A stretch of DNA of 64,000 bases from Ophelia neglecta (lineage: Eukaryota): contig OZ260663.1 in NCBI GenBank assembly GCA_965285935.1, forward strand, positions 100,626,001 through 100,690,000. Direction: 5' to 3'. Positions 25,001 to 40,000 of this stretch are shown here, piece after piece. The notes under the pieces are model-generated. The model saw nothing but the letters and a program-made list of their open reading frames with translations, was not told the origin of the DNA and did not search any database. The position numbers and the translations under genes were made by a program. The first letter of the stretch is position 1; each line of letters starts with the position of its first letter.

Positions 25001-28000
25001 CTGACCAATTAGAAGGCCAGTCTTAATCACTTCCTCTCTGGTCAGGGCAGGAAAATAATTGAAAGGTAAACTCAGAAGCCATCCAGCCAGCAGACTGTTA
25101 GGGTCAGAAGTTTTCTGTTAGAAATCCGGTATCTTGGGTAAGCCTATTTTAGCTTGCAGTACACAACTATCAGAGTGGAAGTCTATTTTATAATTAGCCA
25201 GTTGTATAGCTACAAATGCAGCATTGAGATATCTTACAGTGTATTCCTTTATTCTCTTGATCTAAATGTGGTTGGACTCTTGATTTGTTGTAGGTTGGTC
25301 AAAAATATCCCAAGTAGATATGGCTAAGGCTCAAGATTGTAGTGAACCTGAATCCCTCCTTTCCCCAAGGGTATGACGAGTGTTCTCTTTAGTTACTATG
25401 TTCTAAACAGCTTATCATTTTGGTTTAGTACTCATTATATAAACTGTTTGAAAGGTTGTATAAGTGTAATAGTAAATGCATGTTGTAACTGGCCAGTATG
25501 TATGATAATGTGTATAACCGAGTAAATGTTAAAATGAGAATGACCGTATGAATGTAATTGTGTTATCTGTGTATGCAGTGATTAATGTGTATTTAATTTG
25601 TTATATTGTTAATTCCTAGTTTCATAATATATTTTCAGGGGTATTAACCTAAATTAACTAGAAAGACCAGTACTTGCATATGACTGTAGTAATGACCTCT
25701 GTCAAAATAAATATTTTGTGAACTAGCTCACCCAGGCGTTATACAAGTCTGTACAAACCCCTAGTTTACACAGGTACATCTGAACGTCTAGGTTCCATGG
25801 GTGAAATTTTTTAGAATTCTATTTCCTTTATAGAAGAAAAACAACAATACGTAATTTATTGACATTAAAGTGGCTAATCTATCGCGATGAGAGTGTAGCA
25901 AGCACCAGTTGAAGTAAGTTGTCCTGTAATGACACTTCCCCCCTTTCAGCCTTCGGTGTTTCCCGAGGGACATATCACAGGAGTACCCTGCTTAGTTGAT
26001 GATAATTTGAAGGAGACATACACTTTAGGTTTTTTATTTGGTTGAAAAGCCTTCCATATAGTACTCATGGATCCACAATATCATTCTCACATATCATGTT
26101 TTCTATCAGCAACCACACCGTTGAAACAAAAGCCGCCGAAAATTCCTTCATTGTCTCCATTGACCGATTCCAACGAAGAAGGGACCAAATCAGAAAATCC
26201 TGCCAATTTGATTCCAGAAGGTAAGAGTATTACTGGTCGGACAAACATCCTGAGGTGTTACAGAACTGAGTGTATTCTGGTTCACTAGAGAACAGTCGTT
26301 TATTCCATGCGTCTACTAAGGCTATGTCTTATTAATATTGACTTTCAGTAGCGCCGGTGACAGGCAAGCGCTTTCTGATACTGATAAACAAACATGTGGT
26401 TTCTTTAATGCTAACATTACAAAATCCAGATTTTTCAGAGCAGACCAACCGAACTTTGAGTATAATTTTAAATCTCGTTAAGCAACGAGATAACACAAAT
26501 TTGTTAGTTTCTATTATGACTTCCCAACTTCCCCCAATTTAAATTGGTTGGACTATCATCTGACCACATGCTACTGAGTTTATGAAACCAGTTCACGGGG
26601 ATATCAGTGACGTTTTCTTCATTTTAGAAATGATGCTCAAATTTAACCCCTAGAAGGAGCATCGTATGTATTTAACTGAAATGACTCCAAAAAAATATAT
26701 AAATAAAATTTTAATATGTTAATATTAAACAGTTACTTGAAGACACGGCCATACCTTTTCAGAACGAGATGTTATAAACCTCAGTTCAAATAATAATTTG
26801 ATTTTGATGATAAAAATGTTGTATTTCATAAAGCATTTCTAATGGTTTTTTAGAACAATTCGAGGAAGGAAATTATCACAGATCACTCAAACAGTTCCAA
26901 CAAAAGGAATCTCGAAATTCAAACCGCCAAATTCAAAGAGTATTCGGTCTTGATGTTGGAAAAGCTGTTTTTTTTATCGCACTTCTATTGGTGCCAAGGA
27001 ACGTCCTGGTCCATGGACAAGAGAAAGTGAAGCAAGGCTTTGAAGAGAAACACGAATGGTACGTCGATCTGCCTAGTCTGTTTACATCTGATAAAAAGGC
27101 AACTCACTCTCACAGAGTGCTGATTATCGGAGCCGCCGGCTCCGGAAAGAGTACGTTGGTCCAACATGCATGTGAACAATGGGGTCAAGGAAAATTATGG
27201 ACAGAATTCCGTTATGTTTTCAAATTGACTTGCCGACACTTTAAATCGATGGTCGAGAACAAAACTCAAATAAGCATGCTGGATTTACTTATAAATGAAG
27301 GTCCAGAAGAATCGAATGATAAAGAAAGGATCGCACGGGAAGAATTGTTCTGCAACCAGAAAGACATTCTGGTTGTTGTTGATGGCATAGATGAATTGTC
27401 CGGCTGGACTGAATTCACCCCAGGTGAAGGTCCTCCTATCAGGAACATGCACAAAGCTGGAGGTATCCTTGAACTCATCAACAGTTTACTGGTTGGAAAT
27501 CTGATGGAAATATGTACTGTATTGTTTACATCAAGGCCCATTGATAAGATTGACCCTGATACATTTGATAAGACAGTCAAAATATTCGGGTTCAGTAGGA
27601 CTTCCATCGAGAAGTGCATTCTAGCTCTAGCAAAAGGGAATCCAGATAAACAGAAGACTGTTTTAGAATATCTAGATCATCGACCACAGTTGTATTTGTT
27701 CTGCACCCTGCCGCTTGGATGCATCATGACAGGGCGAGTAGTATTAGATGAACTGAGTCTCAGTCCTGAGGGCCTACAGGAACACGAAGTTATCAACTGT
27801 GCAACAATACTTTATATCTTTGTTCTTCTGAAATTCCTCAATAGACGCGGAAAACAAACAATAGGCATTAGGGACAGGTTTGAAGGTGTCTTTGTGTGGT
27901 GCGAAACATTATTGAAAATGATGAAACTGGCAGCTTGGGGTATGCTTCAAAATTCACCGAGTATTATATTCAGCAGTCAAGCACTGAGAGAGCACGCCAT

Positions 28001-31000
28001 TAACGAAAATGATCTTCCATGCGGACTCCTGGACATTACATCCGGCGACAAAAACGTCATCAGCGAGCTGGAGTACACAACCGCCTCGTTTGTTCATTTC
28101 ACAATCCAGGAATTTCTGACCGCCCTGCAAATTGCCATCACGTGGAAGCCAGCCGACATCAAAATGATAACCAGTCGTAAAGCCTCTCACAATTTTAACA
28201 TGGTTCTCCTGTACCTGTCAGGGCTTCTGGGAAATCCACTTGGAGGGAAGCTTATTGGAGCTATTGACGAGAATATATCACCGAAAACTCTTAGCAAGCG
28301 ACTTACCAAGCTGTTTGATACTTTGGTTTTGAAATATGAAGGACGATTTCGGTTCCTACCAACTCTCACCAAAAAAGGAAAAGACAACACTAAACTGGGG
28401 CGACTCCAGCTGCTTCGATGTGCGGCTGAGGGTAACCACAAAGGCATGATTAAAAAGATCGAGCGCTTAGTGCTAAAAGCAGAGGGGACGTTGGATTTGG
28501 CAGACATGCCTGGGGGGCTCCGCCCAGAGCATATGCAGGCTGTGGCTTTCTTTATTCAATGGACAAAGGCAATGCAAACTCTAAGGTAAGTCAACTGCTA
28601 AACACATTGTACTTATATTAATTTCAATGTAATTGCGGTGTGTTAGTCGATAGCAATGATTTACCGACTTTAGTTGTAAGGAAATAACTTAAATAATTTA
28701 ATTTTTTCGCATCTATTGACATTGTGTAGCGATATTGGCCCTTACATATTTAATTTCCAAATAGCATGATAGATGTTTTATTGCTTCTTGAGGGGTTATA
28801 TCCACTGTCCCCCGTTGATCGTCTTAAATCAAAGCTTAATTTATTTTATATAAACCGCTCTTGTGTGCTCGTAACTTTTCTGATGATCACTGCATGTCGA
28901 TTTACAAGTTGTATTTGCATCCCTTCATTATTAATGGACCAATTACTCCTATTTTTTCTTTATCCCTGGTATGTGAGCATTTATAACTGTGCGCATACTC
29001 TGTTTTCTATGGATATTGTCATTGCTTTGCTGTGAAAAGGAAGCTTTTCTCTGTATTTGCTGTTGCCATGCCCCCCCCCCCAGCCGCCCCCCCCCCCACA
29101 CACTCTGTTATTTTTTCTATGTGTTCAACATTTACAACGTTATTATGTATGAATCATACTGACGTTTATTTTCGTACGTTGAATCTAATCTTTACAGCAT
29201 AGTTTTTTAAATGTTTACCTTTGATGAACTCAATGGATTGTGTATGTGTTTGCAACTTGTAATCACCTGCCTTTATCCTTCCCAAGTGAGTTTGTCATCC
29301 CCCACACCCCCCCCCCCCCATCCACCCTTCACCCCCTATCCCGGTCATTGGCTATAAGGCCTTCAACACACACGAATGACCTAAGCTAATTCTTTCTGCA
29401 TTTTAACTGAGACAAACACCTCCAACGTGTCACAGCATTATATGACTGATGAACCTCCTACGTCTACTAGAAAGAGAAGGATGGCTATAGTACATCGTAG
29501 TCTCGAGTAGTCTGTCACGTGCCTTGGAAACAGTCTTCGGTATTCTCTCATATGGTCAGTGCGGAGGTCTGGCACATGTCTGGTGAACACGATTGGCTTC
29601 CTCGGCAGTGTTACACATGACTGGTGACCACACTGAGCACCCTCGGTAGACTTATACAAGAGTGATGACCACCTTTTGCTCCGTCGGTAGTTTGGCGCAT
29701 GACTTGTTAACCAGTAGGGCCACTCTGTTGGCTCCCTCGGCATGACTAGTCACATGACTAATGACCCTTCTTGACCCCCTCGGCTGTCTGACACATCACA
29801 TCCTTGGCTATCTCGGTAGCCTGACACACGACACATGGCTTATGACTCCCGTGGATCTCTTGGTAATCCGACACATGGCCAATCCACCCTCTAGGCTCCC
29901 TAGATAGTGTGACGAATGACTGTTGACTCCCGTGGCTGCCTTGGTAGTTTGACACATGACCAATCAATCCTCTTGGCGCCCACGGTAGTGTAACATATAA
30001 CTGCTGACCCCTTTGGCTGGCTCATTAGTCTGACACAGGACCTATCAACCCACATGGTTCCTATGGTAGTGTGACATATAACTGTTGAAACCCTTCGCTC
30101 CCTCGTTGTCTGACACATGACTGACAACCCTGTTGGGCTTTAGATAGCCTGACGCATGACTTGTTAATCTCTTTGATCTTACGTGCTCTGTCACATGACT
30201 GGTGAATCAACATAGCTCCCTCAGTTGTGTAACACACGACTTGGGACCACCCTTGGCTCCCTCGGTAGTCTGGCACATGACTGGTTGCCCCCTTCCCCCC
30301 TGGATCCCTCGGTATGCTGATACATAACAGGTGAGCCCCTTTGGCCACATCGGTAGTCTGATACATGATTTTTAAATATTTTGGCTCCTAAATAGTGAGA
30401 CCCATGACGTGTGATCCCCGTTGTAGTCAGGCACATGGCATGTACCCACCCCCCTCCGGCCCATCTGTAGTCTAACACATGACTGGTGTCCCCTTTGCTC
30501 CTTCGGTAGTCGAACACATGACTTGCGAACCCCCTTGGCCCCCTCGGATGTTTGACACATGACTGGTGACCCCATGACCCCATCGGTAGACTAACACATG
30601 ATTTACCCCCTTGACCCAAATGGACTCGGACTGGCTCCCTCTGCAGTCTGTAATATTACTCCTGATCCCCTTGGCTCCGTCTGAAGTTTGACACGCGACT
30701 GATGACCCCCTTTGGCTCCCTCTGTTGTCTGATACACGATTTGTGACCCTCTTTGGTTCTCTCGGTAGCCTGACACATGGCAGGTTACTCCTCTTTGTAA
30801 CTCGCGGTAGTCTGACGCGTATTTTATCAACCCCCTTAGCTCCCTCGGTAGTCTGACTTTTGACTGGTGACCCCCTTAACTCCCTCGGTAGTGTGACACA
30901 TTACCAATCAACCACCTAGGCTCCCTCGCTTATATGACACATTGCTGACCCCATTGGCCACTCGCCTGTGTCACATGACCAATCAATCCCCTTGGCCCCT

Positions 31001-34000
31001 CGGTAGTCCGACACATGACTGGTGGCGCCCTTAGCTCCCTTTGTAGCCTGATACATGACTGGTGATCCCCTTAGCTTCCTCGTAGTCTGTCACATGCCTG
31101 GTGATCCCCGGGGCTAACTCGGCAATCTGACCAACCGCTTTGGCCCGCTCTATAGTCTGACACATGACTGACGGCCCCCTCGGAATTCAGACACATGACT
31201 GATCAACCCCCTTGACCCCTTCGGTACTCAGACGCATGACATTTTTCCACTCGGTAGTCTGTCACATGACTGGTGATCCCGTTAGAAGGACCAAACCACC
31301 ACCACACAATCCCCCTTACCCCACCCCAGCCCCCAATCCCATAAATATCCATATGTCAGATATATATGACATGTGGGTAGGCTACGTTGTTTTTACCTGC
31401 AATGTATTATGATGCACTTAACTTGGTTGACCCCTAATGTTAACATGCTCAAATATGTTTGACCCGGGCTCTAATTCCTTTATTTACCCGCACTCAACGT
31501 GTCATAGGATATGAAGCAATTAATCTCAGACTTTACAATATTCTTGCAAGCAATACATTGATGTTACAAATCTCATGTGCTTAGGCCTACTATAGCCGTA
31601 TATATGCTGTGCTCCCCAAGTTGTGTGTTACTTGTTTATTTTTACACTTTAGAAATTGGGCTTGAATGTTTGTGGATTGTTTCCTCTCGAATTTGATAAT
31701 GACTTTTGCCAAACTATGATAAACAAAACTAATTTACCTTTGAAATGGCTGTGGTCACCCAATCCTCTCAATAATTCATATTATTATTTTAACGTTGGCT
31801 GTAACTTTATTTATCCTTGTTGATTTACAGGACCTCGGTAGAAGAAAACAAATGAAGTACCCACAGAACACGCTTTCATAATGATATTTGTGTCACTTGG
31901 TCATACGTATATGATTCAAATACATATATTTGCGATAGGCATAGTCAATACTTGCAGATTGGAGAAGCAGTACTGTGTCAGTTTGATGAGGATGATAACT
32001 CCCGAGAACCAGGGCCGTCTGGTACCTCTGTTAGACGGGTGTGTGTTAAAGAGAGGGGAGGACGTAGACACAGAGCGAGGTGGGGAGTTTGATCTCCAGG
32101 GTATGACACTGACGGTGGAGGACCTCCAAGGAGTGGCCCAGTATGTCACACACTCCACGGATATATCCCGCCTCATGTAAGTCAAATGAAGTTCCTGATT
32201 AACATATTCTTAGATTTTTTACACATGCTGTGATTCTACTTTGATGTCTTATTTCATGTTAATCGTTTTGTTCTACTATAGTCGCGCATTTCAATTCATT
32301 CCCATTTCTCAACCAATATTGATCACCAGTATATAGTAGGTCAGACTTTAGAAAATTCTTGCAAGCAATACATTGATGTTACAAATCTCATGTGCTTAGG
32401 CCTACTATTGCCGTATATATGCTGTGCTCCCCAAGTTGTGTGTTACTTGATTTTTTTTACACTTTAGAAATTGGGCTTGAATGTTTGGGGATTGTTTCCT
32501 CTCGAATTTAATAATGCCTTATATATATAATTATGCATTGTCTCCCTTCTATCAACTACTGGCTTTTGTTAAGTTTTACAGTTGCTATATTGTTAGAGCA
32601 TTCCTGGCTATAACTCTGGCATTCATAAAAAGGGATCATAAACACGTGCTTCACACGTGTCATATATATTAACCAAACAACATGTGTTCCACGGAGAGCG
32701 ATATAGAGTTAAGAGGCAAATGACAGTTTTGCCAAACTATGATAAACAAAACTAATTTACCTTTTAAATAGCTGTGGTCACCCAATCCTCTCAATAATTC
32801 ATATTATTATTTTAACGTTGGCTGTAACTTTATTTATCCTTGTTGATTTACAGGACCTCGGTAGAAGAAAACAAAGAAGTACCCGCAGAACACGCTTTCA
32901 TAATGATATTTGTGTCACTTGGTCATACGTATATGATTCAAATACATATATTTGCGATAGGCATAGTCAATACTTGCAGATTGGAGAAGCAGTACTGTGT
33001 CAGTTTGATGAGGATGATAACTCCCGAGAACCAGGGCCGTCTGGTACCTCTGTTAGACGGGTGTGTGTTAAAGAGAGGGGAGGACGTAGACACAGAGCGA
33101 GGTGGGGAGCTTGATCTCCAGGGTATGACACTGACGGTGGAGGACCTCCAAGGAGTGGCCCAGTATGTCACACACTCCACGGATATATCCCGCCTCATGT
33201 AAGTCAAATGAAGTACCTGATTAACATATTCTTAGATTGTTTACACATGCTGTGATTCTACTTTGATGTCTTATTTCATGTTAATCGTTTTGTTCTACTA
33301 TAGTCGCGCATTTCAATTCATTCCCATTTCTCAACCAATATTGATCACCAGTATATAGTAGGTCAGACTTTAGAAAATTCTTGCAAGCAATACATTGATG
33401 TTACAAATCTCATGTGCTTAGGCCTACTATTGCCGTATATATGCTGTGCTCCCCAAGTTGTGTGTTACTTGATTTTTTTTACACTTTAGAAATTGGGCTT
33501 GAATGTTTGGGGATTGTTTCCTCTCGAATTTGATAATGCCTTATATATATAATTATGCATTGTCTCCCTTCTATCAACTACTGGCTTTTGTTAAGTTTTA
33601 CAGTTGCTATATTGTTAGAGCATTCCTGGCTAAAACTCTGGCATTCATAAAAAGGGATTATAAACACGTGCTTCACACGTGTCATATATATTAACCAAAC
33701 AACATGTGTTCCACGAAGAGCGATATAGAGTTAAGGGGCAAATGACAGTTTTGCCAAACTATGATAAACAAAACTAATTTACCTTTGAAATGGCTGTGGT
33801 CACCCAATCCTCTCAATAATTCATATTATTATTTTAACGTTGGCTGTAACTTTATTTATCCTTGTTGATTTACAGGACCTCGGTAGAAGAAAACAAATGA
33901 AGAACCCACAGAACACGCATTTCATAATGATATTTGTGTCACTTGGTCATACGTATATGATTCAAATACATATATTTGCGATAGGCATAGTCAATACTTG

Positions 34001-37000
34001 CAGATTGGAGAAGCAGTACTGTGTCAGATTGATGAGGATGATAACTCCCGAGAACCAAGGCCATCTGGTACCTCTGTTAGACGAATGCGTGTTAGAGAGA
34101 GGGGAGGACGTAGACACAGAGCGAGGTAGCAAGCTTGATCTCCAGGATATGACACTGACGGTGGAGGACATACAAGGAGTTGCCCAGTATGTCAAACACT
34201 CCACGGATGTATCCTGTATCAAGTATGTCAAATGAAGTACCTATTTACCATATTCTTTCACTGTTTACACATACTGTGATTCTATAACTTTGATGTCTTA
34301 TTTCATGTTAATCGTTTTGTTCTACTATAGGCGCATTTATTTCATTTCCATTTCAACCAATATTGATCATCAGTATATAGTAGGTTTACGTCCAGGTCAC
34401 ATATATAGCTTTGCTCTACAAACCAATATCAGATAATTTTTATTACACTGTTCTGACTGATATTTGGCAGCTGTAGGGCACAGTGCACATGTTATTGTTA
34501 TCAAAGTTACAAATTCCAGCCCCATCGCTTCCCTCGGTATTATGAAACCTGACTGGTGAACATCCTTGGCTATCTCGATAGACAAACACATGGCTGAATA
34601 TTCCTCTTGGCTCCCTCGGCAGTCTGATACATGTAACATGATTGATTAACGCCTTTGGGCCCCTCGATAGAGTGACATGTGACGGGTGAATCCCTTGTGC
34701 CCTTCGGTGGTCTAACACATACTGGTAAACCTCCTTGGGACCTTCGGTAGTTTGACACGAATGGTTAAGCAGCTTGGCTCTGTCGGTAGTTTGACACAGG
34801 TTTGGTGAAACCCTTTTGCTCCCTCCGTCGCCTAATATAATATAATTAGTGTACCCCTTAGTCTCCTATGATTATTTGGCACATAACTGATGAAACACCT
34901 TGACACCCTCAGTAGTCTGACACATTACCGATCATCCCTCGATAGTCTTAAACTTGACGGTTGAACCCGCTAGGGCCCCGCGGGAGTCTGACATATGTTA
35001 AGTGAAACCCCTAGTTTCCATCGGCATTCTGGACCATGAAACATGACTGGTGAGCCCCCTTTGCTCCCTCCGTAGTCTGACACACGAATGGGTACCGCCC
35101 TCGCCTGTCTCGTAAGTCTGATACAGAACTTGTGAATCCTTTTGGCTCCCTCAGTTGCCTTGCACATTCCGTGTGTTCTCCTTCCCCTGCCTCGGACCCC
35201 CTTGGGATCCTCGGTATTTTGACAAATGTCAGGTGCCCCTTCTTGGGACGTTCGGTGTTTTAACACATGTCAGATAAATCCCTTGGAACTCTCGATATGT
35301 TAACACATGCCTGCAGAACAAGCCACCCTCCATTAAAGGCAGGTTCATGACTCGTGAACCGTGGCTTCCTCGGTGTTATTATACATGACTAAAGGGCCCT
35401 CTTGGCTCCCGCAATAGTCTGAAACATGACTTGTTAACCCACTTAGCTCTATCAATAGTCTTATTTATCATAGGCTGTCAACCAGACGAGATTCAGGCAG
35501 CACACGTGTGGAATTCGATTGGATCCTGGGCGAATGTTGATTTCATGTTCCGATCCATGTTTTCCGGATTCGAAGCGAAAGCTTGTGTATAGAAAAAATT
35601 AGACTGATGCTGGACTTGTATCAGAAACACTATTTGCTATTGAAACAGAGCTAATATTTGCTTGTACTTTATGCCGCGTGCTTCGCGTCTGCCGCTCCCT
35701 TGCGATTAATCAAGCTTTGTACAGAAGTTAAGCAGTTTACAGTGTAACGGTAGTAGAAATAGAAAAATAAAATGATCTTATAATGGTTCAGTAAGAAGAA
35801 AAACCAAAGCCAATCATTTATTGTAAATATTACGCACAACCTGTAAAAATAAAATTTCAATTATAGTAGCAATACACTGAAGGTATAAATTAATGAAAGA
35901 AGTAGAATAAGCAAGGCATTGGTGAATAAGCTAAGAATGCTCATTTGCCCCATTGCAGGTAATTTACAATAAGTAATTTACGAGTTCAATAAGAGGGCAT
36001 AAACTTTCTGCCACCAGATACTGGAAACAGACAGTAACCAATAAAACGACAACGTTTTTCATGCAGAGGGTAATTCCGGAATCAAAATACGCCTTCAAAT
36101 GCAAAGCTTAAAACAAGCCTAGTGGTAATATTTAGTCGATTATTACTGACGTAGACGTTTAAACGCTTAGACATTTTGCTATGATAATAAATAGTACACA
36201 TCCATGTGGGTTACTTAACTGTTACTACTACTCTTTGGCTATTCAAACCATGTGCACCCATTTATAGGATGTGGAAACACTTAATGTATGCATTAGGGTC
36301 CCCAATGTTGAAACCCATAGGGACTTGATATTGAGGCAAATTGGTTTGGGGACCAATTGGCATAATTATATATGGTTATAGTTTCCAGTGGCTAAACCAA
36401 GAACAAAGGTTTTGTCATAGCTGCACAAACGGCTGATCTAGGTAGTCCCATTGGTTGTAATTTTATATACGACCAGATAGACTGACATTAAGACTGACAA
36501 ACACACATACGCATCATGCACTATTTCACATATGTATATTTACATATTAGTGACAGCGGTGAAACCCAGGTCATAGTGGGCTAGAGCTGAGTGATCTTTG
36601 AGCAACTGACACGAACAAATATGCGACAATAATGACCAGCCCCACAATTGGACCATATAATTGTACAAAGCGAAGTTGTTATCACCCTTTAGGCACACAT
36701 ATGCGATGCTTTACTCGATGTTCTTTAATTTAACTTGACTTTTAATCTCGAGCCTCGAATATTCTTATCGATATTCTGCAAAAGGACACCCTCGATCACA
36801 AGTATGCTGTAGTCTGTTTCTGTTTATCGCTGCTATACTCACGTTTGAACTTTGCACTTGTGAATGTTTGCGCGCGATCCTTCTAAGATCTGAGATATCA
36901 TTTTTGTCGATATTTAGGTTAGCATATTTTATGCTAGGCCCTCTGTGCATTGTGTGATCTCAGTGAGATAGTGTATCAGTGTTTATGGAAATTGGCATAC

Positions 37001-40000
37001 TATGTTTTACAACATACTATTCTTCTTTTGTGGTCTCACATTCTATAAATGTCCTCAAAAGACACTATGTCTTTATATAACAGTGACATATATATTATCT
37101 AAATTGATGGGAATAAGGCGTATCTGACAGAAACATAGTCAATAGCGATGCCTAGATTCCTCTTATGTGACTTACATATTATACCCTTAACTTCCTTCTG
37201 ATTTGCCTTCCAGCTTGAGAGGGAACAATATTACAGATCAGGGGATGGAGAGTCTGGGCTCCGCTCTGAAGGTCACAACATCCCTGAAGGATCTTGTGTA
37301 AGTCTAATATCCACATTCATCGAATTGTGCAAAAAACACGTATTGTCTATGACCTTATTGTTCTTTAACAGCAGACTCGTGCCACAATAAATTACGTTAT
37401 ATATGAGTAACCCGTGTAAAAAGACGAGCATAAGACGAATCTGACCGAATCCAAATCCAAGGAGACGAGTTGATTCCTGTTATGTAACTAAATACTATAC
37501 ACATCACTCTAAATTATTATTTACTTTCCAGCTTAAGCCAGACCAATTTAACAGATCAGGGTGTTCAGTGGCTGGCTTCCGCTCTTGGGGTGAATACCTC
37601 TTTGATTGTAATAAGGTTAGTATCACACTGTCTACATTCAGCTCTCTCCAAAAGAAGATATTTTTTAAGTACGAGGATTCATTGTCCGTATTGGCATTGA
37701 AACATCGCAGTTAGTGTTAGATTAATATGTGTTTTTCATCTTGTATATTCTTTGTATGCAACCCGATAATAGTATGTAACTTACTTCTTTGTGTTATGTG
37801 CGTAAACAAGGAATTTTCAAGAAGTAACGAACTGGTATATCTAACATTATTTACAGGGATTTATTTAGAATTCGGACAATATTTATATTAGCATTTATTA
37901 CATAATTTACTTTAAAGAGTGTGTTTTATAGGCCTGAATATGGAAGGATGATAGCGTATCGGCTGGGCTATGTACTGGCCTTCCCCTTGGCAATAGGGAA
38001 TTTTTATTCCATTGTTCTGACTGATATTTGACATCTATAGGGCACAGAACACCCCTCCGCCGTTTGCGGTGGACCACAAAATCCAACATTGTATATTGCT
38101 CTATGTTGTCCTCGCCAGGCGCAACCAGCGTGTTATTTTTTTTTACTAGTTTGCTTTGTGCTTTGACTTTCACCATGGAACACTGTAGACAACATTGGAA
38201 GTAATAGTTATCTTTTTTATTTCTTTACTTATTTACACTTTGGAAACTGGGGATTAATGTTTGTGGATTGTTTTATATAAAAATAACATGGCGTTATATG
38301 GGTTCAGTAAGAAGTAAAAGCAGATTTTTTTTGTAAATATTACACACCATATATTAAAAAATAAAATTCATAAAGTATAATAGCAATACACTGAATGTAT
38401 AAATTAATGAAAGGAGTGGAATTATCAAAGCATTTAGGGAAGAAGCTAAGAGTGCTTCTTTCATTACAATTAATTTGTAATAAGCTCTTTACAAGTGCAA
38501 TACGAGAGCATAAACAGTAATGGCTCATATAGTTGCGAATTTTCTGCCACACGAACATAGCCTCCGATACAGGAAACAAACTGTGAGCAATAAAACAACA
38601 ACGTTTTTCATGCAGCAGGAAATTCGGTAAATGAAAATACTCTGTCCGTCACATGCAAAGCTTAAAACAAACTTGGAATAATAATTTGTTGTTTATTGCT
38701 GACGAAGACGTATAATATCGTGGACGAAGTTCATGACAATGTAATCACGTTTGATAATAAAACTGACACTTTGATGCCGGCTACTTAACTTTTATCTAGC
38801 TACTCAAACCATGTGCACCCATAAATAGGACGTGGAAAACCTTAATTTATGTATAAGGGGCCCTTATGTTCAAACCCATAGCAAATTGATATTGAGGCAA
38901 ATTGTATTTGAACCAATTTGCTTAAGTAAATGTGGCTATATTTGCCAGCTGCTAAACCAAGAACAAAGGTTTTTATCACAGTTGCACAAACGGCTGATCT
39001 AGGTAGTCCCATTGGTTTTTTTTTATATACAACCAGATAGACTGACATAAAGACTGACAAACACACATACACATCAGTGCACAGCGGTTAAACCCAGGTC
39101 ATAGTGGGCGAGAGCTGAGTGGTTTTGTAGCAACTAACACAAACAAATATGCGACAATAATGACCAGCCCCACAATTTGACCATATAATTGTACAAACGA
39201 AGTTGTTATCACCCTAGGTACACATATGCGGTGATTTACTTGTATTTTTTAACTTATCTTGACTTTTAATCTCGAACCTCGAATATTCTTATCGATATTC
39301 TGCAAAAGGACACCCTCGATCACAAGTATGCTGTAGTATGTGTCTGTTAATGGCTGCTATACTCACGTTTGAACTTTGCACTTGTGAATGTTTGCGCGCG
39401 ATCCTTCTAAGATCTGAGATATCATTTTTGTCGATATTTAGGTTAGCATATTTTATGCTAGGCCCTCTGTGCATTGTGTGATCTCAATGAGATAGTGTAT
39501 CAATGTTTATGGAAATTGGCATACTATTTTTTACAACATACTATTCTTCTATTGTGGTCTCACATTCTATAAATGTCCTCAAAAGACACTCTGTCTTTAT
39601 ATAACAGTGACATATATATTATCTTATTTGATGGGAATAAGGCGTATCTGACAGAAACATAGTCAATAGCGATGCCTAGATTCCTCTTATGTGACTTACA
39701 TATTATACCCTTAACTTCCTTCTGATTTGCCTTCCAGCTTGAGAGGGAACAATATTACAGATCAGGGGATGGAGAGTCTGGGCTCCGCTCTGAAGGTCAC
39801 AACATCCCTGAAGGATCTTGAGTAAGTCTAATATCCACATTCATCGAATTGTGAAAGAAACACGTATTGTCTATGACTTTATTTTTCTTTAACAGCAGAC
39901 TCGTGCCACAATAAATTATGTTATATATGAGTAACACGTGTAAACAGACGAGCATATGACGTATCTGACCGAATCCAAATCCAAGGAGACGAGTTGATTC

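Larger units (their letters stand above)
9495..25770 (+). mobile_element. Tandem Ty3/Gypsy LTR retrotransposon, LTR-internal-LTR-internal-LTR, in NLR intron
   Basis: Three 923-bp TG...CA LTRs and two near-identical internal regions (offset 7676-7677) with gag and PR-RT-RH-INT order. PBS and PPT present; flanks CAGA (9491-9494) and CAGG (25771-25774) form a 4-bp TSD with one mismatch. Confidence 0.97.
31525..34385 (+). repeat. ~1022-bp tandem triplication, each unit carrying one 219-bp exon
   Basis: ORF and intron copies at offsets 1022 and 1024. Confidence 0.93.
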
